Source: Nitrososphaerota archaeon
Lineage (GTDB): Archaea; Thermoproteota; EX4484-205; JAAOZP01
NCBI GenBank assembly: GCA_011605725.1
Contig: JAAOZP010000004.1
Span: 96,001 to 160,000, forward strand
DNA length: 64,000 nt
Direction: 5' to 3'
Shown: positions 1 through 9,248 of the stretch, one piece after another
How positions within the stretch are numbered: position 1 is the stretch's first letter
Layout of the letters: each line of letters begins with the position of its first letter
The notes under the pieces: generated by a model
What the model was told of the DNA's origin: nothing
The model's database searches: none
The model's input: the letters and a program-made list of their open reading frames with translations, nothing else
Made by a program: the position numbers and the translations under genes

Positions 1-1173
1 CAAAGCATCAGTAACCACCCTCATGTTTTTGAAGTCTAACGCATCGTCACACTCTATGAATGCTGAGAGGACGCCGAGTTGAACATCCACGGGAACTATT
101 ACCTGCTTGCTTACTTCCCCCTTTGAATCTGTCTCCAGCCTCTGGCTGAAAACCACGTGCGTCGAGTTTCTCAAGTAGAGCATTGCAGAACCGCTGCGCA
201 CTAGACCGCCAGCCTTAACCAGGATTATCGACTTCCTTTCCCATACTCGCGGCGCATCCCATACGCCAAAATGATACTCGGTGACGCAGCCGCTCCTATT
301 AACCCGTATAGTGTAGGTTCCTGGAGTAGGGTTGGCAAGACTAATCGTGCGGGAGAAGCCTCCAGTAGAGTTGACGGTTAAACGCTCAGTGCTTAAAAGA
401 GAACCGTTGGGGTGGAGTATCGTTAGATCAATCGCGGACGTGAAAAACTGGTCTCCAGTAATCTTTACCTGAACATTGCTGGAAGAAGTGTAGACAGGTT
501 TATCCGTGAGAACCATTGGGGAGAGAAAAATGGAGAACTCGTCGAAAAACGTTTCCACAAACTCTTGAGGAGGGTCGACAACTCCGAGAGATAAGTTCAC
601 TTGTTTAACGAGAAACAGTTTAACACCGGTCGCGATGGAGATTGTTTGACTACCATTATAAAGTATGGTTAAAGCGTCTGAAGAAGCGTCGAGCCATATG
701 GTTAAGTTATACCATTTCCCGGTTGAGAAAGTCGCTCCATCATTCCTCCTGTCCAGCCTATAGGCCACTAGCTTAGGGCGTGCAGCATCGTTAACAAAGC
801 CAAGCTTAACCTCGTATGTTGAAGAATCCGTGAGCGTGAAGATTATTCTTGAGATGTTGAAGCCTGTACCATTGTTTATCTTCAGCATGAAGCTTATTTT
901 AAAAGAACCCTTAGCGTCGAATATGCGCTGTACGTAGGCACGACTCCCAGGGGATATGCTTATGTTTAAGCATTGCCCGCGGAAGCCGTTGGGAGAGAAA
1001 TAGTAGGCTCCTGAGGCGATGAAGAAGCCTGAGGGAGACGTGTTCAGATTATTGCTGAAGGAAGCGTTGTAAGCGAGTGTAAAGCACGAGTCAGCCTTAA
1101 CGCCGACTGGTATTATTAGGATTGCGAAAAGAAGCAGTGTTGCAGACAGTATTACTACACTATCTTTCAGCAT
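1..1173 (-). CDS. Secreted/cell-surface protein, N-terminal part (runs off the window start)
   Basis: Not in the ORF track. ATG at 1173 gives MLKDSVVILSATLLLFAILIIPVGVKADS (signal peptide); spot checks of the frame, including the last codons at position 1, are open. Confidence 0.7.
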   Translation of the reverse strand, partial: MLKDSVVILSATLLLFAILIIPVGVKADSCFTLAYNASFSNNLNTSPSGFFIASGAYYFSPNGFRGQCLNISISPGSRAYVQRIFDAKGSFKISFMLKINNGTGFNISRIIFTLTDSSTYEVKLGFVNDAARPKLVAYRLDRRNDGATFSTGKWYNLTIWLDASSDALTILYNGSQTISIATGVKLFLVKQVNLSLGVVDPPQEFVETFFDEFSIFLSPMVLTDKPVYTSSSNVQVKITGDQFFTSAIDLTILHPNGSLLSTERLTVNSTGGFSRTISLANPTPGTYTIRVNRSGCVTEYHFGVWDAPRVWERKSIILVKAGGLVRSGSAMLYLRNSTHVVFSQRLETDSKGEVSKQVIVPVDVQLGVLSAFIECDDALDFKNMRVVTDAL

Positions 1174-1260
1174 CTGTGTTGCATCCTAATCAAGCGTTTT
1201 AAAGGTTTTGTTTAGGTTTGTATAAAAATAAAATAGTCAGGTTTACGGCGGAGGCTCAAC

Positions 1261-1884
1261 CTAGCGCATCCGCCGCCTTACGAATCCAATAATTTTCACC
1301 ATTATACTCCTGAGCCACCCTGTTTTCTCAACCCTCAGCTCTCCTTTAAAAACCATTTCTAAAACCCTACTGTAGGCCTCTGGGTTTCTTGAAGCAAGCA
1401 TGAGAAGCGTCTCTTCACGCAGCCTAGAGCCTTTAGGAGGAGTGGAACCGTTCTCAATGCTTTTTAAAAACTCTTCCTCGCTTTTCCCCGGGCCAACAAT
1501 ACTTGACACAAGGAGGGCAAGTCCTGCTGCGAAAAAAACCATAGGCAGCAAGTATTTTAACGGGTCTTTTTGAGAAGCCTCCCCCATATCCTCAATAATC
1601 GTTACCCCCGAGAGCTGGCTTGAAAGCCTTGAATCGTATTTAACGAGTAGCATGGAGCCCTGGACTAAGGTTTTAAGCGATTCAGGCCTGAAAACCGTTG
1701 AAGAAACGTTGTTGACTAAGCATAGTTCAACCAGCGTATTGTTATGAAGTAGGGCAGTGACACGTATTGAAGCAAGAGTCCCGTTTCCCTCTAGGGTGCT
1801 AGACGGGTTTGAACACGCGTTGAGACAAGTGTTGGCAAGCAGCGTCAAGAGAAACGTTAAACATGCTTTCACGCGCGCCGTCAA
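1261..1884 (-). CDS. Hypothetical membrane protein
   Basis: Signal-like N-terminus and one TM helix (YLLPMVFFAAGLALLVSSIV); start uncertain. Confidence 0.65.
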   Translation of the reverse strand: MTARVKACLTFLLTLLANTCLNACSNPSSTLEGNGTLASIRVTALLHNNTLVELCLVNNVSSTVFRPESLKTLVQGSMLLVKYDSRLSSQLSGVTIIEDMGEASQKDPLKYLLPMVFFAAGLALLVSSIVGPGKSEEEFLKSIENGSTPPKGSRLREETLLMLASRNPEAYSRVLEMVFKGELRVEKTGWLRSIMVKIIGFVRRRMR

Positions 1885-2034
1885 CCCATTTTAAACCTTG
1901 AAGAGAACCTAATAAGCCCCCATGCGTAACGGCATCAATCCGCCCATCTTATCCTCATCCTTACTCAGATTTTTGAGGCGGTTTTCATCTGCCGGAGAAT
2001 TCTATGCGGAAAAGGTATTTAAGCATTAAGCGTA

Positions 2035-2496
2035 TCACGGCTTTGAACCGGTCAGATTTAAAATCTGCCTTGAAATATTCCTCCAGTGTGAGCCCCTCCA
2101 ATACAGCTTGCCACACACCTTGCACCTCCAGAGTAGATCCACGTTCTTAGGAGCTTCAGGATTCTTCTCAGCTTCTTCAGGGGGAAGGGGTTCAAGCTCG
2201 CCATTGCAAACTGTGCATCTTAAAGAATCCTTTTGGAAAACCAGTTTAAACCTCTCCACCAGGAGTCTTAACACCTCCTCCTCCGTTAAGCCTTTGGTTA
2301 AAACTACTTCAACACCTTTTCTCTCAGCTATTTTCGCAAGCTCGTCGTCAGAAGTAACGAGTATACGGCCGTTTAAAGCGAGTTGAACAATATTTTCATC
2401 ATCAACAGTGTTCAGATAGAGAGTATCATAACCCATTATTCTAAGCCATTTGGCAACATAGCCATGCATGCTGTCAACTAGAAATTTCAGGCTCAA
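2035..2496 (-). CDS. Mut7-C RNase domain protein (PIN fold + Zn ribbon)
   Basis: FLVDSMHG..KWLRIMGYDT, VTSD, RCTVCNG, CKVCGKLYWRGSH. Confidence 0.9.
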   Translation of the reverse strand: MSLKFLVDSMHGYVAKWLRIMGYDTLYLNTVDDENIVQLALNGRILVTSDDELAKIAERKGVEVVLTKGLTEEEVLRLLVERFKLVFQKDSLRCTVCNGELEPLPPEEAEKNPEAPKNVDLLWRCKVCGKLYWRGSHWRNISRQILNLTGSKP

Positions 2497-3379
2497 TCCT
2501 GACAGCCTTTAGAAAATCCATTTCTGTTAAAAAGCCTTCCAGCGAGCCGGATTTAACTACTAGGGCAGACCCATAACTGCTCCTCTTTATTATCTCCCAA
2601 GCCTCAGCAATCCTGGCCTGCGGATCCAGAACAGGCGGATCCTTAACTGTGAAGTCGATAACGCTCATGCGCATAAGCTCGTCTAAAGTCTTTCCAGCAT
2701 GCTTGAAAAACTCCCTGCCGCCGAGAAACCTGATTATTGAGCGGGATGAGAATAGACCTATTGGCTTAGACTTCTCCAAGCATGGTAAACGCCTGTGTCC
2801 AGAGCTGACCATGACTTCAACGCCTTCTCTAAGACTCCTGTCAATCGAGATGCAAACCGGAGACTTAGACATGTAGTCTTCGACAAGCCCGCTTTCCAGC
2901 GAATAGTTACACCTTTCAAGCACATCCCTAACTGTCAACACGGCTTTAAGCCGGTTGCTCTTGTCAACTACTGCAAGACTGTTAACACTCCTCTCCCTCA
3001 TCAACGTTATTGATTCCCGAATGCTTTCAGACTGGAGTATGCTTACCACGTCCCTACTCATGATTCTAGCCACAGGTGTCGACATTATGCTCATAACAGG
3101 TGTTTCAGGAGATTCTCTAGACCTCCAAAGCAGGTGTTTAGCCACCTCCATGGGTGTTACGATCCCCTCTAGAAGACCGCTTGCCGCAGCTACGAAAACC
3201 CTCCTGAAGCCTCTTGCAACCATTGTTTCAAGCAGCCGTGACAAAGGCGTGGTCTTGGTTACTGAGAGCGGCGGGGAAGTAGCGTAGTATAGTACTGTCG
3301 AAGGCGAAGAGTACGACTGGACCCTCTTCCGAGGGCGGTCCTTCATGTATCTTAATCCTTTCTCCCTATTCCTGTTCAA
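2474..3379 (-). CDS. Multi-CBS domain protein
   Basis: Repeated CBS motifs (IMSRDVVSI, YMSKSPVCI, LEGFLTEMDFL). Confidence 0.85.
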   Translation of the reverse strand: MNRNREKGLRYMKDRPRKRVQSYSSPSTVLYYATSPPLSVTKTTPLSRLLETMVARGFRRVFVAAASGLLEGIVTPMEVAKHLLWRSRESPETPVMSIMSTPVARIMSRDVVSILQSESIRESITLMRERSVNSLAVVDKSNRLKAVLTVRDVLERCNYSLESGLVEDYMSKSPVCISIDRSLREGVEVMVSSGHRRLPCLEKSKPIGLFSSRSIIRFLGGREFFKHAGKTLDELMRMSVIDFTVKDPPVLDPQARIAEAWEIIKRSSYGSALVVKSGSLEGFLTEMDFLKAVRIEPEISS

Positions 3380-3381
3380 CC

Positions 3382-3951
3382 CTACTCCTCAGAAGCTATC
3401 TTAAGGTCAGCCATGCAGTCTTCGCATAAAAGCCTTCCTTCGACAATGCTCAGCGAGTCAGACCACATTCCACACTCCTCGCAGAATCCTTCGTAAAACT
3501 CTTTCCTTATTATGCTTCTGGAACGCTCCATTTCCGTTTTTTCAATCAGCTCGTATATCGCGGGTATAGCGTACACTAGGTCTCTCTCTGAGACTATTCC
3601 AACAAGCTTCCCTCCCCTTTCGACGCCGAGCTTCTTAATTTTACTCCTCCGCATCTTGTCGAGAGCTTCCACAATACTGCTGTCGCTACTAATCTTTTTC
3701 AGAGGGTTAGACATAACCTCTTTAACCTTCACGAGCCTTGGATCCTTAGATTTAGCCACAACCTTCTCTATAACATCCCTCTCAGTAATTATTCCAACAT
3801 CCTTACCTTCATCATTCACTACGATGAGCGAGCTTATATCGTGGTGAACCATTTGAAGAACAGCTGTGTGGACAGATTCATCCGGACCTATTGATATCAC
3901 TGGGTAGCTCATGACCTCGTCAACGGTTAACGCCTTCCTGCTCGGCTTCAA
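3382..3951 (-). CDS. CBS-pair protein with C-terminal Zn ribbon
   Basis: VDEVMSYPVI, GIITERDV; CEECG...LLCEDC. Confidence 0.9.
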   Translation of the reverse strand: MKPSRKALTVDEVMSYPVISIGPDESVHTAVLQMVHHDISSLIVVNDEGKDVGIITERDVIEKVVAKSKDPRLVKVKEVMSNPLKKISSDSSIVEALDKMRRSKIKKLGVERGGKLVGIVSERDLVYAIPAIYELIEKTEMERSRSIIRKEFYEGFCEECGMWSDSLSIVEGRLLCEDCMADLKIASEE

Positions 3952-4050
3952 CCTCCTCCCCTTTTTGGCTAACTATTGTCTCCTAGAGTATTTAAACTAA
4001 TAGGGGTTAAATTTATCTATAGGGATTCTGGAGAAACATCGTATTAAAAA

Positions 4051-4359
4051 ATGGGTGGGTCTAAGAAGCTTCGGTTAAGCCAGCTGGAGAAAAGGCAGAA
4101 GGAGGAGAGTAAGAAAGAGAAGGCTGAACGCTTAAAAAGCGAGAAGAAAGTGGGTGAAATACTCCGTGAAGAGGATGATAAGATGCTTGAGAAGCTTAAA
4201 GGGGTTAAGGTTTTAACACCGTACGTCGTCTTCAGCCAGACAGGCCTAAAAATGGGGGAGGCTAAGAGGCTTCTGAAACGATTAGAGGAAAAAGGCATAG
4301 TAAAAAGGGTTTCAGGCAACAGCAGCATTCCTGTTTACACGTTTCCTCAAGCCGCTTAA
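4051..4359 (+). CDS. rps25e: 30S ribosomal protein S25e (eS25)
   Basis: MGGSKK..LSQLEK basic N-terminus, KVLTPY, winged-helix AKRLLKRLEEKG. Confidence 0.85.
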   Translation: MGGSKKLRLSQLEKRQKEESKKEKAERLKSEKKVGEILREEDDKMLEKLKGVKVLTPYVVFSQTGLKMGEAKRLLKRLEEKGIVKRVSGNSSIPVYTFPQAA

Positions 4360-4730
4360 ACACGGGAAACAGAAACAACTTCCCCCTCCTTAAGGCTTTT
4401 CAACGAGTCGAGTGGAGTCAACAATCTTCCGATAAGAATGGTGTTTAGAAACCTGCAGTCAGGCGAGGCTGAGGTGAAGAAAACCAGCCCCTGGAAGCGG
4501 GGAGAATAACCGACGTCTCCCTGAGATGCTTCTGAAAGGGTTTTTTCAACCCCGATTCTAATACCCATGGTCAGGTAAATGTAAGTATCCCCCTTTCCTA
4601 CAACACCTATCTTCGGAAGGGACCCGCTGAGTGCTGAGAAAACCCTTGGCGAGAAACCCCGTTTAACGCTGAACCTGCAGACGTCAACACTACCCGAAAC
4701 TATTTTTAACTCAAGCACATCCATCGACAT
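4356..4730 (-). CDS. Cyclophilin-like fold protein
   Basis: SPR..AL..SLP, IYL, GDVGYSP...LVFF, LIGRL pattern. Confidence 0.55.
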   Translation of the reverse strand: MSMDVLELKIVSGSVDVCRFSVKRGFSPRVFSALSGSLPKIGVVGKGDTYIYLTMGIRIGVEKTLSEASQGDVGYSPRFQGLVFFTSASPDCRFLNTILIGRLLTPLDSLKSLKEGEVVSVSRV

Positions 4731-4960
4731 AAAAGTTTAACAGAAGCCTCCAGCAGGGTATTAATAAGGCTTATGCCAAGTTTGGAGAAACCCTTAGCAA
4801 CCCTTTTTCTCAACCTAAGAGCGTTAGCGCGCGAGCTTCTGAAGCCGAGGCTTTACGCTTTCAACCGCTTCTGCTGGTTCAGGCACGCTAACTATCTAAG
4901 CATGGACGATTCATACATTATTTTTAAAACAAGCGTGCTAGGAAGTGTGTGGGAATCCAG

Positions 4961-5428
4961 ATGGCTAGAGGTGGAGGAGAAATCCGTAGAAGACTCATGG
5001 AACTGGTGGAGAAGTTCAGGGAAAAAGGTGCACTTAGCCCTGAGAAAGCTTTGACCGCCCAAGAGTTGGGGTTGCCACCCTGGTTTGAGCAGGCTATGCA
5101 TCGAAGACTCGGCCAGCTAGGGATATTTGTTGAAGTTAATGGCAAATACTATCTTGATGAGGATAGGCTCAGAAAAATACAAGAGAGATATTTTAAAACC
5201 GAATATGGAGGCAGGACGCATAGCTGGTCTCGTTACCTATGGGTTCTCTTGATGTTGCCCATTGGACTCATAGTTTCACTTGCAATCTTCTACCTCCTGG
5301 TCTTGAGTGGAGCTAGGTTTTTCCCAGGGGAATTCCTGATGATTTTAACTATTGTCATGGTTGTTGTAGCCGTAATAAGAATTCTCTACTGGAGGTCGAG
5401 AAGGAGATATTGGCCTGGACAATGGTGA
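4961..5428 (+). CDS. Hypothetical membrane protein (winged-helix-like N-terminus, two TM helices)
   Basis: FREKGALSPEKALTAQELG..GKYYLDE followed by two hydrophobic helices. Confidence 0.7.
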   Translation: MARGGGEIRRRLMELVEKFREKGALSPEKALTAQELGLPPWFEQAMHRRLGQLGIFVEVNGKYYLDEDRLRKIQERYFKTEYGGRTHSWSRYLWVLLMLPIGLIVSLAIFYLLVLSGARFFPGEFLMILTIVMVVVAVIRILYWRSRRRYWPGQW

Positions 5429-5706
5429 GGAGAACATCAAGAGCAGGAGGAGTATTTAAGTTTAGTTGGCTATAAATGGACAAAAATCCGGTTTAGTGGT
5501 GCTACTGCTTTGGAAACATATTTTAGTGGTGCCTCGGCTTTCCTGAACCCCCCAAAGTATCCAGATAGTAAAAGCGAGTATATTAATGGATATGTTCAAT
5601 TTGAATCTAACTTTATCCCTGATCCATAGGCGTGGCTTAAAAACCAAATTCTAAACTTCTTTTTAACGCACGCTAACCTTCATACCCTCGAGGAGGTTGA
5701 AAAGGC

Positions 5707-5871
5707 TTGAGGATAGGCAGGTGTGCTAGATGCGGAAGAGAGCTTAAGCGGGGGGAGCCTAGGATCAGGGTGATTCTGAAGAACGGCAGGGAGGTCAACA
5801 AGACCTATTGCATGAGATGCTTCGACAGGGTCTCCAGAATCCACAGAGGTAACATTAATAAGGAAAAGTAA
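5707..5871 (+). CDS. Small C4 zinc-finger protein (54 aa)
   Basis: Below the ORF-track cutoff. TTG start after GGAGGT gives MRIGRCARCGRELKRGEPRIRVILKNGREVNKTYCMRCFDRVSRIHRGNINKEK with two CxxC pairs. Confidence 0.7.
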   Translation: MRIGRCARCGRELKRGEPRIRVILKNGREVNKTYCMRCFDRVSRIHRGNINKEK

Positions 5872-5889
5872 ACCATAATAAGGCTTAGG

Positions 5890-6120
5890 GTGGTCGGGTT
5901 GCTCATACTCATAGGGCCTCCAGATTCTGAGGAAAGGTTGAAACACTTGGAGAGAGAGAAGGAAAGACTTGAAAAAGAGTATGAGGATCTTCAGAAAAAA
6001 TTTGAGGAGGGTAAAATAAGTAAGGAGGAGTACGAGAAGAGGAAGCACGATATCGAGAGGGAGTTCGTAGAGGTCATGGACAGGATAGTTCAGTATAAGG
6101 CTTTTTCAAGCGGCTTTTAG
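5890..6120 (+). CDS. SHOCT-like coiled-coil protein
   Basis: LQKKFEEGKISKEEYEKRK. Confidence 0.7.
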   Translation: MVGLLILIGPPDSEERLKHLEREKERLEKEYEDLQKKFEEGKISKEEYEKRKHDIEREFVEVMDRIVQYKAFSSGF

Positions 6121-6291
6121 GGTTTTCAGAGGATTTTCTAATGCATGCTAGCGGTGGGCCCTCTGGAGACAAGAAAAGCAGGCTTTCAACTACCAATAAC
6201 TGGAGAACACTAGCTTAAAGGCCTGCTTTAACCGATTCTGGTTTAGAAAGGCTTAAAAATGGGTTTTTTAAGCTAGAGAGCGGTGAGTAAA

Positions 6292-7914
6292 ATGAGCTCC
6301 TCGCAAGTAAAGGTTATTCCCTCCATAATTCTGAAAGAGGGAAGCAGGAGGAGCTTTGAAAAGGAGGCTCAGCTTTACAATCTTCTGGCTTCAGAAGTGA
6401 TTTTCGAAACAGTTAAGTCAGCCCTAGGTCCCCTGGGCTACAAAAAAATCCTTGTAGATACTTTCGGCGACACTACGATAACGGGCGACGGGGCGACGAT
6501 AATGAGCGAGCTGGAGGTTGAGCATCCTGCTGCAAAGCTGATTGTGGACGCGGCTAAGTCTCAGAGTAAGGAGGTTGGTGACGGGGTTACAAGTCTAGTA
6601 GTGTTGACCCATTTAATGTTTAAGGAAGCCGATTCCTTGATGAAGATTGGAATACATCCCTCGCTAATACTCGACACGTACACGGAGGGAATTAGGAGAG
6701 GGCTGGACGCTTTGAAGAGCGAGCTTGCCATCAGGATCGACCCGGGAAATCCTGATGTTTTAAGGAAAACAGTGTTGTCTACAATACCCTTATCGCTGAA
6801 CACGGGGGTAAGAGAGAAGCTTGCCGGCATATCTGTGGAAGCGGTTAAGAGAATAATTGAGAAAGGAGTTGAGAACACCAGGGTTTTCGACGAATTCTTG
6901 AAAACCGAGAAGAAGAGCGGTGGTTCTATTATGGACACTCAGCTGGTTGAAGGTGTTGCGCTCGACAAGGAGATTGTTCACCCAGACATGCCTAAAAGGG
7001 TTGAGAACGCTAGAATAGCCCTATTAGATATGCCGATTGAAGTTAAGAAGACTGAGACAGATGAGAGGCTGAAATTCAGCGATGCGAGGATGATCAGGGA
7101 ATTCCTCAAGACGGAACAGAAGATGATGAGTGAGATTGTTAACAAGCTGTCGGAGTTGAAAGTTAACGTGGTTTTCGTCCAGAAGGGTATAGATGACTAT
7201 GCTCAATATCTCTTAGCGAAGAAGGGGATCATGAGCCTTAGGAGGGTTAAGAAATCAGACATGGAGAAGCTCGCGCTCGCCACCGGGGCGAAAATCGTTA
7301 GTGTTCTGGAAGACTTGACTGAAGATAAGCTTGGTTTCGCAGGAATCGTGGAGGAGCGGAAAACAGGTGGAGAAAAATGGACGTTTGTAGAGAATGTTCC
7401 GAATAAAGCGGTTCACACAATTCTAGTGAGAGGAGAGAACGATAAGATTGTTGATGAAGCAGAGAGGATTGTTAAGAATTGCATCTCAGTTCAGAGGGCG
7501 CTTGTCGAGGAACCCTACGTGCTGCCGGGTGGAGGAGCAGCCGAAGTATTCCTCTCACGTAAACTCGCTGAAATGGCTAAGGGAGGGAAGGAAGGCATCG
7601 TGCTCGAATCATTAAGCAGGGTGTTCGACTCGTACGTGAAGCAGCTCGTAGCAAATTCAGGAGGAGACCCGGACGAGGTTTTAACCGAGCTTAAGGCAAG
7701 GCATGCTAACGGGAAGAAGACAGCCGGCTTCGACGCTTTGAGTGGAAGAATAGCAGACGTTGCTGAAAAAGGTATTTTCGACTCTTACAAGGTTAAGAGG
7801 ATGGCTTACCTAGCTGCACTTGAAACAGCAGCCATTCTTCTTAGAGTGGATGATGTAATCATGGCTGCCAGAATGAAGCCTCCGAAGAGCAAGGAAGGCG
7901 GGGCGGAGGAGTAG
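6292..7914 (+). CDS. ths: Thermosome (group II chaperonin) subunit, divergent paralog
   Basis: ALGPLG, ITGDGATI, HPAAK, GDGVTS, VQKGIDD, PGGGAAE, LRVDD. Confidence 0.92.
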   Translation: MSSSQVKVIPSIILKEGSRRSFEKEAQLYNLLASEVIFETVKSALGPLGYKKILVDTFGDTTITGDGATIMSELEVEHPAAKLIVDAAKSQSKEVGDGVTSLVVLTHLMFKEADSLMKIGIHPSLILDTYTEGIRRGLDALKSELAIRIDPGNPDVLRKTVLSTIPLSLNTGVREKLAGISVEAVKRIIEKGVENTRVFDEFLKTEKKSGGSIMDTQLVEGVALDKEIVHPDMPKRVENARIALLDMPIEVKKTETDERLKFSDARMIREFLKTEQKMMSEIVNKLSELKVNVVFVQKGIDDYAQYLLAKKGIMSLRRVKKSDMEKLALATGAKIVSVLEDLTEDKLGFAGIVEERKTGGEKWTFVENVPNKAVHTILVRGENDKIVDEAERIVKNCISVQRALVEEPYVLPGGGAAEVFLSRKLAEMAKGGKEGIVLESLSRVFDSYVKQLVANSGGDPDEVLTELKARHANGKKTAGFDALSGRIADVAEKGIFDSYKVKRMAYLAALETAAILLRVDDVIMAARMKPPKSKEGGAEE

Positions 7915-7948
7915 AAATGGCCTTTAACAAGGAAGCTGAAGCTAAACA

Positions 7949-8230
7949 TTGAGCATCTCCTCTTTAAAAAACAGTATCGAGAAGAGAATTGAAGTTTCCA
8001 AAAAAAGATTAACAAAGTTTGAGAAGGCGAGGATAATAGGTTTAAGGGCTCTTGAACTATCTCTAGGCGCGCCCCCTTTGATACCTATTGATCAGGGTAG
8101 TAGGCTGAGTGCTGCCGAAATAGCAACGCAAGAAGTTGAGAGAAAGATTCTACCGCTGATAATCGGTAGAAGGATGCCTGACGGAAGCTATGTTTACGTG
8201 CCGTTAAGCGACTTGGAAATAGAGGATTAA
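7949..8230 (+). CDS. rpoK: RNA polymerase subunit Rpo6 (RpoK)
   Basis: LTKFEKARIIGLRALELSLGAP...IGRRMPDG. Confidence 0.95.
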   Translation: MSISSLKNSIEKRIEVSKKRLTKFEKARIIGLRALELSLGAPPLIPIDQGSRLSAAEIATQEVERKILPLIIGRRMPDGSYVYVPLSDLEIED

Positions 8231-8353
8231 AATCGCGTTTAAGGCTGACGAGCATTAAGCAGGCTTTATTAATGCTTTATACCAGCAGGCAGAAAGATTT
8301 TTATTCAAGCTATTTAACCCTCCCTACGCAAAGAGGAGGTGTAAAAGTAAACC

Positions 8354-8650
8354 ATGTGCGCACAAACTACTGGACCGGCTCCTAACGTGGTGCTCATAGG
8401 CAAGAAGCCAGCACTAGTATACGCGGTTGCTGCATTAATGCAGCTAACGTCTGAACAAAACGAGGTTACTTTGAAGGCTAGAGGGAGAGCAATATCGAAG
8501 GCTGTAGACGTTGTGGAGATACTTAAGAGAAGGTTCCTTGGGAACCAGATGGTTCTGAAAAACATTCAGATAGGTACGGAGACGTTCCAGACACCGGACA
8601 ACAGGCAAAGGTTCATCTCGACGATAGAGATAACTGTTTCAAAAGCTTAA
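8354..8650 (+). CDS. albA: DNA/RNA-binding protein Alba
   Basis: VLIGKKP, KARGRAISKAVDVVE, STIEI. Confidence 0.96.
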   Translation: MCAQTTGPAPNVVLIGKKPALVYAVAALMQLTSEQNEVTLKARGRAISKAVDVVEILKRRFLGNQMVLKNIQIGTETFQTPDNRQRFISTIEITVSKA

Positions 8651-8710
8651 GAAACCTAGCGGACACAACCATCATTTATGTTTTTTAACGTTTCAATTCA
8701 GTTCCAGACT

Positions 8711-9208
8711 TTAACGAAGTTTCTTAACCATAAGCAACCCGGATGTTCCATCAAGATAATAATGAGGAATCTCGCGGACGACATGATAGCCGAGCGACTT
8801 GTAAAGCCTAATCGCCTTCTCATTATTAACTCTTACTTCGAGGAAGCTTTCGTCGATGGAGTTGCGAACCATCTCGTTCAACACGGTGTTCATAAGAGTT
8901 TTTCCTATTCCTCTTCCGTGAAACTGCCTTTTAACGGCTAAGCTTACCACGTGACCCTTTCTCACTATGTTGAAGCCTCCTTCAGAAGGGAAGCCTGTTT
9001 CTATCCTACACATTACATATCCAATAACTTCACCAGTTTTAGTTAGAACCGCCACGAGGAAATAGTTTGGAAACCTTTCGAGCAGATCCATGAAGAAGGA
9101 GGGCGGATAGTTTTCAGGGAGCTCCAGCCGGTTTATCTCAATAACGCTCGGAATATGCTCCGGCTCCGCATACTTAATGACTACCTCGTCTGTCAAGGCG
9201 GCAACCAT
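8711..9208 (-). CDS. N-terminal acetyltransferase (RimI/Ard1 family)
   Basis: LPENY, GHVVSLAV..HGRGIG, LEVRVNN..AIRLY, YYLDG; probable start is the ATG at 9208. Confidence 0.9.
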   Translation of the reverse strand: MVAALTDEVVIKYAEPEHIPSVIEINRLELPENYPPSFFMDLLERFPNYFLVAVLTKTGEVIGYVMCRIETGFPSEGGFNIVRKGHVVSLAVKRQFHGRGIGKTLMNTVLNEMVRNSIDESFLEVRVNNEKAIRLYKSLGYHVVREIPHYYLDGTSGLLMVKKLR

Positions 9209-9248
9209 TTTTCCGTGTTCTCTGAGCACAGCAGCATCTTTAAAACCA

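Noticed and set aside
5492-5533. Two copies of tttagtggtgc 30 bp apart as a mini-CRISPR
   Set aside because: Only two 11-bp copies, both encoding FSGA in a relic frame; I saw no CRISPR array or cas gene in the window.
8067-8072. (GC)3 hexamers inside intact genes (also 37023 and 44709)
   Set aside because: Short, in frame and expected by chance; not counted as scars.
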